A DNA stretch of 64,000 nucleotides from Piedraia hortae CBS 480.64 (lineage: Eukaryota). The DNA is taken from the NCBI GenBank assembly GCA_010093745.1, contig MU005957.1, positions 1 through 64,000 of the forward strand, in the 5' to 3' direction. The position numbers and the translations under genes were made by a program. The notes beneath the pieces are model-generated. The model made no database searches, was not told the DNA's origin, and saw nothing but the letters and a program-made list of their open reading frames with translations. This document shows, one piece after another, positions 49,105-61,208 of the stretch. Position 1 is the first letter of the stretch. Each line of letters opens with the position of its first letter.

Positions 49105-50256
49105 ATGAACGCCTACGAAAAGCAACGCGCCGAGCGCATCAAATCCAACCGCGAACTCCTCATCTCTCTAAACCTCGCGCCCGAACCTGAACCCGACGCG
49201 CCTAAACGCACCGCATCAACCACCAAACCCAAACTCAAACCAAAAGAAAAAGCGCAACCCCAACGCACCTCCGCGCGTCTCGCCACCACTGAGAAAATCA
49301 ACTACGCTGAGCGACCGCAAAAGCAGAAACGAAAATCATCCCCAAACAGCGGAACGACCACCGAGGAGAATGATGAAGAGGAGGGAGAGGGAGATGAAGT
49401 TCTAAAGCCGTCGCGCGCATCAGCAAGGCTTTCAAATACAGCGCGGCCGAAGTATAGAGGCCTCGCGCGGTTATCGACGGATAGTTCTGAGGATGTGATG
49501 AGAGAGAGGAAGAGGAAGAGGGGACGGGGGAGGGATTCTATTGATAAAGTCGACGATGGGGGGGAAGAGGTCGTGGGGGATGCCTCGCCTGGCTCGTCCC
49601 GCTCGCTCCCGCCCTCCCTCGCGTTGGCGTACAAGAATAATTGGTCCTGGATCGCAACTGCACCACCTCCCACACGAAGCGAATCTACCGCACAGTTTCA
49701 CTTTGAATCGCACCCGGAGTTCACGCCGAATAAATCCCCCAAGGAGATTCTCAGACAGGGCAGCTTTGGGGGTTCATTTTTCCGTCCCTTGACGCCCAGG
49801 TCTCTAGGCGGTAAGGTTACGATTTCGGATGATTGGATGGAGTTACCGACTTCGTGGACCGTGGGATTGGATGTGGAGAGGTATTTGACGAGCAGTGTAT
49901 ATGACCCCAGTGTGAATAGGTATGGGGTTGCGTGTGGACAGTCGATTGAGGAGTGGGAGGCTGCGGGGTGGATTAATGCTGAGTTTGATGTTAGGGGATG
50001 GTTTCAGTGGTATTGTCGTTTCTTTATGGGGAGGAGGTGTGAGGATGATGAGAGACAGGTTGGAAGGTGGGCTAGGTGTGTTGGACCGAGAGGGAGGTGG
50101 AGGAAGGCGTTGTTCAAGAAGTATGTGGAGAAGGGGGTAAGGGTTATTACGGATGAGGAGGGGGACGGGGAGGATGTTTCCCCTGTGATCCATCAGACGT
50201 GTCTTCATTGGGCGTTTGAGCCGAGACAGGAGGATTTGGATGAGTTATGGGGGTGA
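49105..50256 (+). CDS. Conserved hypothetical protein (basic N-terminus, Trp-rich C-terminal domain of unknown function)
   Basis: 383-aa ORF. Ordered C-terminal domain 'F.PNKSPKEIL.QGSFGG.FFR...CGQSIEEWE..GWI...RGWFQWYCRF..GRRC.DD.RQ..RW...SPVI.QT.LHWA'; NLS-like 'RERKRKRGR'. Confidence 0.85.
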   Translation: MNAYEKQRAERIKSNRELLISLNLAPEPEPDAPKRTASTTKPKLKPKEKAQPQRTSARLATTEKINYAERPQKQKRKSSPNSGTTTEENDEEEGEGDEVLKPSRASARLSNTARPKYRGLARLSTDSSEDVMRERKRKRGRGRDSIDKVDDGGEEVVGDASPGSSRSLPPSLALAYKNNWSWIATAPPPTRSESTAQFHFESHPEFTPNKSPKEILRQGSFGGSFFRPLTPRSLGGKVTISDDWMELPTSWTVGLDVERYLTSSVYDPSVNRYGVACGQSIEEWEAAGWINAEFDVRGWFQWYCRFFMGRRCEDDERQVGRWARCVGPRGRWRKALFKKYVEKGVRVITDEEGDGEDVSPVIHQTCLHWAFEPRQEDLDELWG

Positions 50257-50665
50257 GATGGGGGAAGGCTGCACTGTGGTGTTCTGAGGGATGGATGGGG
50301 TGGGATAGAACAGTAGCGTGTACGATTATGTATCTATTAAACCTGATGAAGGGAATTTTATTCTCAGTTGAAAGAAATTGAGACTTTAATTTTTTTCCGG
50401 TCGTATTAGTCTCTGGAATGTGCTGCTCCCTTTGCTTGCGTATGCACATCAATCGTATACTCCTAACTTCAATGCTCGTGCATGCGTCTCCGTCGCGGCT
50501 TCGGGTATCGTGGTGTGCTGCTTCTTGAAGCGGTAAATTATTGGACCCCTCTGCTAAGCCAATTGATCTTTTTTTTTCGAAATATCCTTGCAAGAGGCCG
50601 CCTCTTCTGCTGATGTTATTATTTATGTTCTTTGGTATGGATACTCCCGGTAAAATCAGATCACA

Positions 50666-51820
50666 TCATCGACACCGCTGGATGGCAAAGACGCTGACTT
50701 CGACACCGCCCGGCACAAAGCCAGCAGGATACTGTTTCGTATCGAGATGCTGAATCAGTTTCATCACAAGCTCGGCAGCATGCATGGGCGGATCCTGGTG
50801 ATAGTGTCTATGGCGACGAGTAGACTCGATGTAGTGTTGGGCTACATCTCGTATGCGGGAACGCTCCTGCTTGGCCCACCAACCTACCCAGCGTTCTTTG
50901 GACAGATTCCGTTCACCACAACCGGCATATACGACCTCAAAGCGTGCCGGATGTCGGTAAACCTGACGCATGCGATCGCACAGCTTGCGGACTTTACTCT
51001 CAAGCTCTTCATGCTCGTCCAGCTGCTCCACTGCTTGCATGGCTCCTAGCTTGCGGCTCAGCTCTAACGGCAGATCGTAGACAACGGATGTTGACCTCAA
51101 GATTGGATCCCACACAGGCCCGAGGTGCTCGCGCATAAACGTCCGCGCTCCGGTCCGCGTAGGATACACGAACAACAGACAGCCATTTTGCGGCGAAAGC
51201 TCCACCAACCGATCGACAAGGATCGACGGCCCGTTGAGGTTAAACATGTTGGCAAATTCGGCGGCTGAAGGTGGCGGGATGAACCGCTCTACAACAGCCA
51301 CATCGATCGATGCCGGCGGTACGACCGGGTGCGGTGAGCGCGGAAGGGTGGAGAGGTCTTGCGAATAGTCCGAAACGGGTACGGCACTGTCAAAAACCTT
51401 TTGTGCAAAGTAGTCGTCGGTTCCCGCGAGGATCGGCGTCGCAGGCGGCGAAGTAGGAAGATCAGACAGGGTGAAGCGGCCAGACAAGGCATGGAAGACG
51501 TTGGTGCAGGGCAGCGATGCACTCTGCATAGCATCAATAACAACTGGCAGAATGTTGCCATTAAGCGACGGGTTCGGGCAGGGCAAGGCGTGGGACAACA
51601 GGCGCAGTGGATACCCCGGTGGCGCAGCTCGCTCGCTCATGCACCGCCGCAACACCTTCAGCGCATCTTCAAGGGCATCCGGGCCGCCCTCAGCCATGGA
51701 AGATGACCCCTTGGGCGTCAGCGAGACGGCCGACACAGAGTCCAGAGAGGGCGTGGGCGTTGTGATGCCAAGAGAGTCAAACGAGGGTAAGCGAATCTCC
51801 AGCGACCCTGAGCGCGGCAT
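50666..51820 (-). CDS. Conserved fungal hypothetical protein
   Basis: 384-aa ORF with motif-like segments 'LSHALPC', 'DYF..KVFDSAV', 'ERFIPP', 'SILVDRL.ELS...G.LLF.YPT.TGA.TF', 'W..QE..RIR', 'GVEVSVF.I.R'. Confidence 0.8.
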   Translation of the reverse strand: MPRSGSLEIRLPSFDSLGITTPTPSLDSVSAVSLTPKGSSSMAEGGPDALEDALKVLRRCMSERAAPPGYPLRLLSHALPCPNPSLNGNILPVVIDAMQSASLPCTNVFHALSGRFTLSDLPTSPPATPILAGTDDYFAQKVFDSAVPVSDYSQDLSTLPRSPHPVVPPASIDVAVVERFIPPPSAAEFANMFNLNGPSILVDRLVELSPQNGCLLFVYPTRTGARTFMREHLGPVWDPILRSTSVVYDLPLELSRKLGAMQAVEQLDEHEELESKVRKLCDRMRQVYRHPARFEVVYAGCGERNLSKERWVGWWAKQERSRIRDVAQHYIESTRRHRHYHQDPPMHAAELVMKLIQHLDTKQYPAGFVPGGVEVSVFAIQRCR

Positions 51821-52615
51821 CGCGGGCGAGGGTTGGGGTATTTGGAGGCCGGCGGAGAAGAGTCCAAAGAAAGAGTTATCTAAACTTAACCTTCACATTT
51901 AATTCTTGATTACAGCTGCTGCTGCTGCTTTCTGTAGACAAAAAGCGGGTGGCTGTGCGAGGTGGGACCGGGATCTCGCCGTGGAGACGGTCTGGAGCGG
52001 TCTTGACACTGCCGTTAAGGTAACAGCCCTCAGCCTGAACCGGCCTGGGGACCGTTTTCTGTGCGTTTGAGTTTTGCGTTCCAGGCCTTTTTTTTACCTA
52101 TATCCTCGTCTATCTCCGTCTGAGAGGGCAGGTGCAGCCGCGTAAGGTTGCACAACAGGTGATAAAACACGCGTGGTTCGAAAAGGGGCCGTTTCGTTAA
52201 CAACGTCCCTGCTGCACTCCCCCCTGTTTGTGTTGGCAGCTTACGAAATGCCTACGGGGTCCAGATTCTGGAAGAATGCCATCCCAAACGTTGTGGATCA
52301 CGTGGGCGTTCACACGGGTGAACTGTGGATGATCACCCAGCCTGGACTTTACCCAATACAGCTCTAATTTACTTCATTTACCCTGGCTTTACCAAACGTA
52401 ACCACCCCCGGGTCTGTATGTCATCCCACACCTGTCAAGTGTGCTCCACCTCAGTCCTTGCTGCTTCTACTCGCATCGCTGCACATCATTTTGTAATCCT
52501 CTACCGTGGTTTAGTAGTTAATTTAATGTAATTCACTTGCATTCACCATGACTCAAAGTAGAAGGCCCAGCAGTTGGAACTAAGCCGAGGTATCAAAAAT
52601 CGAACAACCAACGCC

Positions 52616-53940
52616 ATGTTGTCTCGACGTATGGCTTCTCAACGCCTCGCTTCCCTCCACCGTCAGATATCATCTACTGCGGCACGGCCTAAGGAGATTC
52701 AGGAAGCTTACATCTTGTCTGCTGTGCGAACCCCTTGTGGTGTTTTCAATGGCTCCTTTACCCAAGTCTCGGCACCTCAGCTCGGTGCAGTAGCTATCAA
52801 AGAGGCCGTGGCACGATCCGATGTGCCCAAAGACCGTTTCACTCATGTCTACATGGGCAACGTTCTCCAGGCCTCAGTCGGCCAAGCTCCTGCGCGTCAG
52901 GCAGCCATCTTTGCCGGTCTAGACCCAACGGTAGAGGCAACCACAGTCAACAAAGTCTGTTCCAGTGGCATGAAATCTGTTAGCATAGCTGCACAACAAA
53001 TTCAGCTGGGCCAGGAAGATGCCGTGGTTGCTGGTGGAATGGAGAACATGACCCGTGTGCCCTCGTATCTCCCACGTGCCAGCCAGCAGCCAGCCTTTGG
53101 TGATGTGAAGCTGGAAGACGGGCTCATCAAAGATGGCCTTTGGGATGTCTACAATCAGATCCACATGGGCAACTGCGCCGAGAACACAGCCAAGAAGTAC
53201 TCGATTGGAAGGGAGGAACAGGATGAATTCGCCATCTTGAGCTATAAACGCGCTCAAGAGGCTTGGAAGCAAGGGCTGTTTAAGGATGAAATCGTGCCGG
53301 TCACGGTTAAAAGCAAGAAAGGCGATCAGATTGTTTCTGAAGACGAGGGGTACAACAAGCTGAAGCTGGACAAAGTACCTACATTGAAGCCTGCCTTTGA
53401 CCGGTCTGGCTCCGGTACGGTCACTGCTGCCAATAGCTCTTCATTCAACGACGGTGCCTCGGCATTGGTCCTCGTCAACAGGGAACTTGCCAAGCAGCAT
53501 GGGAAGGGAAAACGGGTTCTAGCCCGCATCTGTGCCTATGCCGATGCAGCTGTTGACCCTATCGACTTCCCAGTTGCCCCAGCAAAGGTTGTGCCTTTGG
53601 TGTTGGAACGAGCCGGCATCACTCCCGATCAGGTCAAGGTCTGGGAGTTCAATGAGGCCTTTGCCGCCGTCATCAAAGCCAATGCAAAGGTGAGTTAACA
53701 TATAACGATACTGTACATTGCCACTAACGGAATCAGATATTGAAGCTTGGAGTGGATAACGTGAATCCTCGCGGAGGAGCGATTGCATTGGGACATGCAT
53801 TGGGTAGTTCTGGGTCTCGCATCCTGGTGACACTGTTGCACCAGCTAAAGAAGGGCGAATATGGCTGTGCTGCCATCTGCAATGGCGGAGGAGCAGCAAG
53901 CGGGATGGTTGTACAGATGGTGGATGCCGATGATTTGTAG
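52616..53940 (+). CDS. ERG10: Acetyl-CoA C-acetyltransferase (thiolase II), probably mitochondrial
   Basis: 'NKVCSSGMK', 'GGMENM', 'NEAF', 'GHALGSSG', 'ICNGGG'; presequence-like N-terminus; intron 53690-53736. Confidence 0.93.
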
Positions 53941-54184
53941 ACACGTGATCAGGCGTTCAGACGCGATGTTAGAAACAGGGCTCGGGACGTCCCGACGCGA
54001 CCACTACCGTGACACAGGGATGATTCCGTATACACCATCCCAAGCGCCTGCGGCCCTGGACTTTCACACTCGTGGCCTACCGAGCAAAAGCCGCACCGTC
54101 GCTCGTCCACGTCATCTGGCATTGGGCCAGCGGCGGTTCCGATCTTGAAATTATCTCCTGTCTAACTCCAAAGAGAGCCACATC

Positions 54185-56885
54185 ATGTCCAGCACAATCA
54201 AGGTCGTCGCTCGATTTCGGCCACAGAACCGCACCGAACTCGCGACCGGCAGCAGCCAAATTGTAGAATTCAACGGGCCCGATAGCTGCACGGTAACGGG
54301 CAAGGAAGCGTCGGGCGCCTTTACTTTTGACCGCGTCTTTCCCACCACAACTAGGCAGCAGGATGTCTTTGACTACTCGATCCGCAGCACCGTAGATGAT
54401 GTACTGGCTGGCTACAATGGTACCGTCTTTGCCTACGGGCAGACGGGCTCCGGCAAGACATACACAATGATGGGCGCCAATATCGCCGATGAGGACCATA
54501 AGGGCATCATCCCGCGCATTTCAGAGCAGATATTCGATAGCATCGCCCGCGCCGACAGCAATATTGAGTTTGTCGTCAAGGTTAGCTACATGGAGATCTA
54601 CATGGAGAAAATCCGCGATCTCCTCGTACCGCAAAACGACAACCTGCCGGTGCATGAGGACAAGCAGCGCGGCGTCTACGTCAAGGGACTCCAGGAGTTT
54701 TACGTTGGCTCCGTCGGCGAGGTCTACGAGGTGCTGGATCGTGGTGGCCAGGCGCGTGTAGTAGCGGCAACCAACATGAACCAGGAGTCGTCGCGCTCAC
54801 ACTCCATCTTCCTCATTGAGGTCATGCAGAAGAACATTGAGACTGGTGCAGCCCGTTCCGGACGACTCTTCCTGGTCGATTTGGCTGGTTCGGAAAAGGT
54901 CGGCAAGACAGGGGCGTCGGGCCAGACGTTGGAAGAAGCCAAGAAGATTAACAAGTCGTTGTCGGCGCTGGGCATGGTCATCAACGCCCTCGCCGACGGC
55001 CGAAGCTCCCATATCCCTTATCGTGACAGTAAACTCACACGCATCCTGCAGGAGTCTCTGGGCGGCAACTCGCGCACTACGCTCATCATCAACTGCTCAC
55101 CCAGCAGCTACAACGATGCCGAAACTATTTCAACGCTGCGGTTCGGTGAGAGGGCCAAGACGATCAAGCAAAAGGCAAAGATTAACGAGGAGCTCTCCCC
55201 AGCCCAGCTCAAGGCCTTGCTGAAGCAGGCGCAGACACAGGTCGTCAGCTTTGAGCAATATATTCATTCGCTAGAGGGCGAGGTGCAGACGTGGCGTAAG
55301 GGCGAGCAGGTTCCCAAGGAGCTGTGGGTGCCGGCCAGAAAAGGCGCAAGCAGCGCTCCAACCCGCCCGACCTCGTTACCGCCTCCACCGAGGCCTGCCA
55401 CGCCAAGCAGTCGCCTACGCTCTATGGGTCCGGATGGACCTTCCACGCCGCGGCCTGATAGCCGGCTAGAGCTGGAGCGGGCGGCAACGCCCAGCTTGAT
55501 GACGTTGGAGAAGGACGAGAGAGAAGAGTTTCTCAAGCGCGAAAACGAGCTGCAGGATCAGCTGGCGGAGAAGGAGTCAGCCCTCGCCGCAGCCGAACAG
55601 TCGCTAACGCAGGCACGCAGCGAGCTGCGGGATGTTAGAGAGGCGGCCTCGAAGCATGGGCGGGAAAAGGACGAGATGCAAAACGAAGCTGCAAACCTCC
55701 GCATGCAGCTGGAGAAGGTGCGATTTGAGACCGACGAGGCGAGCATCACCATGGAGTCTCTCAAAGAAGCCAACGCGGAGCTCACGGCAGAGCTGGATGA
55801 GGTCAAGCAACAGTTGCTTGAAGCCAGAACAGCAGCACAAGAGTCGTCTGCTCAGCTGGATGAGAAGGCGCGGCTCAAAAAGGAGCGCATGGCGCAGATG
55901 ATGGCCGGCTTTGATCTAGGCGACGGGCTTATGAGCACGCCCGAGATGCGGTTGAACGAGATGGTGACGCAGGTGGACAGCCTGCGTGAGATTGCGGGGC
56001 ATGGCGAAGCGGTGGCGCCGGGCGAACTGCACGTGCTAAAGGAGAGGCTGCTCGAGCTGCAAGACGTGGTTCGACATTTGGCCGGGCCAAATGGAAATGG
56101 CACAGATACCGCGGCCGGAGCCGAGGGATCGGATCTCGCACGACAGCAGGAAGAAACTGCAAGGCTGCGGCGAGAGCTTGAGACGCTCCGACGCAACAGC
56201 CCAGCCAACGGTGGATCGAAGCCGATGGCTGACTTCGATGCCGTTAAGAAATCGCTGATGCGCGACCTGCAGAACCGGTGCGAACGGGTGGTGGAGCTGG
56301 AGATTAGCCTTGACAGCACGCGGGAGCAATATAATTCCATCCTAAGATCCAGCAACAGCAAGCAGCAGCAGAAGAAGCTAGCCTTTCTCGAAAGGAACCT
56401 GGAACAGCTGACGCTGGTGCAGAAGCAGCTAATGGAGCAAAACTCGCAATTGAAAAAGGAAGTTGCGATTGCAGAGCGAAAGCTAATAGCACGTGGCGAG
56501 CGCATCCGAGGGCTTGAGGGTATGGTTGCCGAGAGCCAAGAGAAGCTGATGGTTGCCAATCACAAGTACGTTGTCTCATCTCAAAACCGCCATCATATCT
56601 CCTCATGCTGACACTTTTGATTCCAGATTCGAAAGTCAATTACTGGCGGTCAAGGAGCGTTTGGAAGCCGCAAAGTCTGGTTCGACGCAGGGCCTAGGAT
56701 CCGGCAACGGAGCTGGTGGTCCCGTGCCTCTGGGAAACAACCCTTTTTCACGCATCGCCAAGCCCCTCCGTGGCGGCCGCGGGGCGTCTGGAGCGGGGGA
56801 GGGTCCAATGGTACCTACTTTTGCCGGACTACAGAACCAGCAACAGCAAACGGAAACGAAGCGGGCATCTTGGTTTTTCAACTGA
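54185..56885 (+). CDS. kinA: Kinesin-1 heavy chain (conventional kinesin)
   Basis: Motor motifs 'YGQTGSGKT', 'NQESSRSH', 'LVDLAGSE', 'HIPYRDSKLT'; stalk 'MRDLQNRCERVVELE'; tail 'RIAKPLRGG'. Intron 56566-56626. Confidence 0.97.
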
Positions 56886-57072
56886 TTGCCCTCGTTCGTT
56901 TTGCATCTTTGTATGGACTTGACGTGTACCGTATCACCAATGTACATTATTGGGGGAAAGCAAATTTTGACGGGTGGGAAAAAAAGGAAGATCAATGTCT
57001 CGGCTGAACATTGGATGAATAATGATAGAGGGTGGTTTTCCAAATCGTGGAGACCATGTGGGAATGAAGCCT

Positions 57073-57075
<3 letters not shown>

Positions 57076-57104
<29 letters not shown>
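57076..57104. repeat. (GT)n microsatellite
   Basis: Direct reading. Confidence 0.95.
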
Positions 57105-57109
<5 letters not shown>

Positions 57110-59104
57110 TACATCTTAGCTGTAGGCAGCAGCTTAGTTTAGAGACTCTCCACCAATGAAGTCTTTCACACGTCTGGTGGTGGCTTTGTCTTTTTTCCAT
57201 CACAGTTGCCTGTCTGTTCGAGTGATATCTCACTCGTGGTGGCAGGATAATATCGGACACACTCATCTCACCTAATATCAAATTTCACGACCCTAGTCTT
57301 TCATCGTTTCACAACTCGTTGTTGGCCAGAGTGCTAGGATCAATATGCATTACTCTTTCTCACAAGACCTCTCTAGGCCATTGATAATTTCCCTCGTGCT
57401 CAAAATGTGCTCGCATAAAATTCACCACCCGGCAATCCTATCAATTGTTTCCTGTGAACCTGTTACGTAAAAGAAATTCCGATTCAGGTCATATAACAAA
57501 TGTTTCTTTCGTCGTCGATCGTATAGCTGTAAAAGATCAGGCCGGGCTTTATGGATCTAGATTGTTCCGAGTTGGTCGAATAGGTGTTTGAGATGATTGT
57601 GTACAGATGGATATGCACTTTGATAGACGGTTTTTGGGATGCGGTAATGTATCATGTTGGGTGGGGGAAGGGGAAAGGAAGATGAGGTGCGGTGCAGTGG
57701 ATGGGGTGTCTTGTTATCTTGCTGGTCGACAAGACCAGCATAGCAGTTGTGTGGTGGGGTTTGAGAGGGCGCTGGTTAAGTGGTTAGGTCTTATGTTGAA
57801 TCAAGGCCGGAAAGGAAAGGCTGTTGTCGGTGCTAAGATGTTTTGATATTGGCTCCTCTATGTATTAGTGTCGGCAGAGGATTCTTTTGTCAAGTGCTGA
57901 ACGCCTCCCTGACATAACCTCCCGGTAGCGGTCTCATTTGTTTTGTCTTCAGATCGAACCTGGCGGCTATGACATCTTCAAGCGGGATGGCATTTGTCTT
58001 CGGTAGGCTGGCAGTGAATAATCCGTCTAGAGGATTTCTTGATGTTTTGGTGGGTCCGACCCAGATGCTTTGGTGGTTTGCCAAAGCCTGAAGTTGTGCA
58101 ATCTCCGCATATATTGGACTTTCAAGTAGTGCGTTTTGAGTTTCTTATCATACGAGCACTGGGGCTAAGCAAAACCACGACCTCTGAAGATGGTGGTAAT
58201 CAGACTGGGCTGTTTACCATTCACCGTACAGCAAGCGGTATAACGAACTGGCCTACACATTAGTCCTATAGAACAGAAGCATTAATCTACGACCGTTGGA
58301 GGCGGTAGAGTTTAAATGTGTCAGCCGATTCGATCACGCTGGGATGTTCTGCGTCCCCACCGGCATCTCTTGCTTTACTGCAGAAGGCAACCAGGCGGAC
58401 ATGCAGCCTATCCAGCCAAAAGTAGTACTTACAAGGAGGTGAACTAATTTTGGGGCATGTCAGAGCACATGGGGTTGTGTTTAATGCCTGTCCTTGTTGA
58501 TCACCGCCCGTTTGTGCCACTTCCGCCCGATTGATAGCTACGCAGACGGTGAGCAGCTGAAATTCTCCGATAGCACTAGCGCCTCGACGCTGAATCCTGG
58601 GAGGGCTGCAAGGATTTTGACTGTTATCTAACACCACTCGTTCCTTCCCTGTTCGGTCTAGTCTTATCCACATGGCTATAGCAGGCGGGAGAAGCACAAA
58701 AGCAGCACGGGACGGACACGACGGCTCGCCAGCCTTGCACGGCTCGGGGGTGGTCTGGGAGGTCCCGTGGCGCGCCTTGTGCCACACGGCCTGCCGCCGC
58801 CACGTTTCTTTGCTTTTCGAGCCTGTTTCCTCTTCTTCTCCCTTGACCAGCAAACGCGCTGGGAACGGCACGCGCTTTAAACTTCGGCTTCCCCACACTC
58901 ACTCCACAGTACATGAGCTCTTCGTTGTGAGACGCCGCATGCAGGGTAAGGGTATGGGCCTATTCGCTCTCTCGGCAACCCCTTCAAACGACTGGCACCA
59001 GCAGCCTGGGGGACATGTAGCAAGGTAGGCCCGGTTGTGGAGCGTGAGAGAGCCTGCCCTGACTCATCCCCAGGCCCTAGATATAAGAATAAACTACATT
59101 GACC

Positions 59105-61045
59105 ATGGCTGTAAGTTTAATCCCCGCCCTGTCATAATGGCATCGCGCGCTCATGCGTAAGCCTGTCGGTCGAGCAACTCCAGACTCGGAAGCCGTCGCG
59201 TCTGAAGACGAACGTCCGTGGCCGACGCGCCCCTCGTTCGGCAGCCTGCCGAGGCGTGAGATGAGCGTGCCCGGCCTTCCCGGAGACATTTGGACTGCCC
59301 AGCGTCGGGACAGCTTTCGCATGGCCGAATCGCGCAAGCCGCCGCTGGCCTCGCCCGGCAGCTGGCGGCCTACCCAGTCGCCGTCGCCGCCCTCTAGCGA
59401 CGGCGCCGCTCCACTGCCCATTGCCATTCCGCCGCAGCCAATGCCGAAGCCGCATCGATCCCTGTCGCATTCGCTAGGTCAGCGCGACGCCTCGCAGGCT
59501 ACCATGTCTCCCGCACCATGGTCACTCGGTCTGCTGACCGAAGAGGCTGACGACGACCGCTTGGGTGCGCCGCTTTTTCAGACGGTCTCAAACCCCCTTG
59601 CGACGCTGCACCGCGACTCAACCACATCGGCCACCCATGATATCCTGCCTGGCCTCGGCATGAGTCCCACAACATCCCGACTGGACCCTAGGCTCGAGGC
59701 CGGACTCGCAGGCCTCACGTTCGACCGCCCGCCGCGACGGTCACAGTGGCAGTCGCACCTTGGCTGGGACGGTGTTCCCACCATAAACGGCTCCCGTCGC
59801 CACTCCCTGGCTGATATCCCTACCAGACGCGGCTCGCTGACGGCCGAGGACGGAGGCATGCGACTCGCTCGAGACACGGTCGGCGACTATGAAGAAGTGC
59901 GGATCCCACCATCATATAGAGTCCCACACGTCAAGCTTCGGCCGGAAGAGAGTGGCGAGCAGCCACCGCGCATCAGCGACGGTCGGCCGCGAAAACTCCT
60001 CTACATTGTCAGCTTCAAATGCTCGCGCGTCGAGATCTTTTATCTCCTCGATAACACCGGGCTGAACATTCGCGAGGGCGACGTTGTTATAGTAGAGGCT
60101 GACCGGGGCCAGGACCTGGGAACTGTACAGCATGTTAATGTCACTCCCGAACAAGCCCGTCTACTCAAGCGCAAGTACGCCGAGGAGCAGTACAAGTGGC
60201 TAATGATGTTTTCACGAAGCAACCAGCCGGGCAGCGTGAATCCCAATCCCGGCTCAAACAACAGAAGCCCTCTACTGGCTAATGCGCCGGCTACGATTCA
60301 GGGAATGCCGCGTGATAACTACAACGCGTTGAAGCCCAAGGCCATCAAACGATTAGCCAATGCGCATGAGATTAAAATGTTGGCGGACAAAGAGGGTAAC
60401 GAAGCAAAGGCTAAGCGCACATGTCAGCAAAAGGTGCAATATTTGCATTTAGAGATGGAGATATTGGATGCCGAATGGCAATGGTAGGCCATGATTACGT
60501 TTTTGGCAGACGCTTTTCTCACACTCAGCAGGGATTTTCAGAAGCTCATCTTTTACTACTACGCCGACCATTACATCAACTTTAAAGACCTCATCACCGA
60601 TCTATACCGCATCTACAAAATTCGAATCTGGATGTCAGCCGTCAATCCAGCATCATTCTCACAACAGGCGCTCGGCCAGCCTCCGTCCGGCATCGGACCG
60701 GGCGCGGTGGCCAATGCCGGGCCGGTGAGCAACATGAACGACCTCAGTCATACATATACAATGGCGTACGGACCCGATCCGGACCCATATGGTGCTGTGC
60801 CTCCATATCGCATTGGGCCGCCGATGGCTATGCCTCAAGCCGCCGCACGGCCGGGGGCGCCTATGCCGGCCTTTTACGATGCCCTGGCGGCCACATCACC
60901 TAGTCCTCCAATGTATCCACCCCATTACACCCCCCTACCACCGCCGCCAGGCCCGTTTTACGGTGTTCCCCAAACAGCAACTGGTTTTGCACCATGGATG
61001 ATTCCGGGCACAAGACAACACGACAGACGAGTATGGCATGGATGA
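59105..61045 (+). CDS. PSP1 C-terminal domain protein
   Basis: 'LYIVSFKCSR..IFY', 'GD.VIVEADRGQDLG', 'MEILDAEWQ|WDFQKL.FYY.A..YI.FKDL..DL...YK.RIWM'; intron 60484-60531. Start uncertain: ATG 59105 with intron 59111-59161, or ATG 59153. Confidence 0.88.
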
Positions 61046-61208
61046 AAACAAGTACCTATTCTCTTTTTCTTTTCCCCTTAAAAAACCCCTCCCCCCCGCC
61101 GCCAGATATGATTGATAATTTACATTCGGGTGCAGAGTATTATTTCTTTATAATCTTTAGAACAAAATGGTGGGCATGCGAATGCTTTTCTTCTACACCA
61201 TCCCAAAC

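Noticed and set aside
33844..53940. Phosphoketolase plus thiolase as an acetyl-CoA pathway cluster
   Set aside because: 16 kb apart with unrelated genes between, and the thiolase looks mitochondrial.
58287..59028. 203-aa and 118-aa ORFs upstream of the PSP1-domain gene
   Set aside because: No family features; more likely promoter or 5'-UTR, with a possible UTR intron near 59025-59072.
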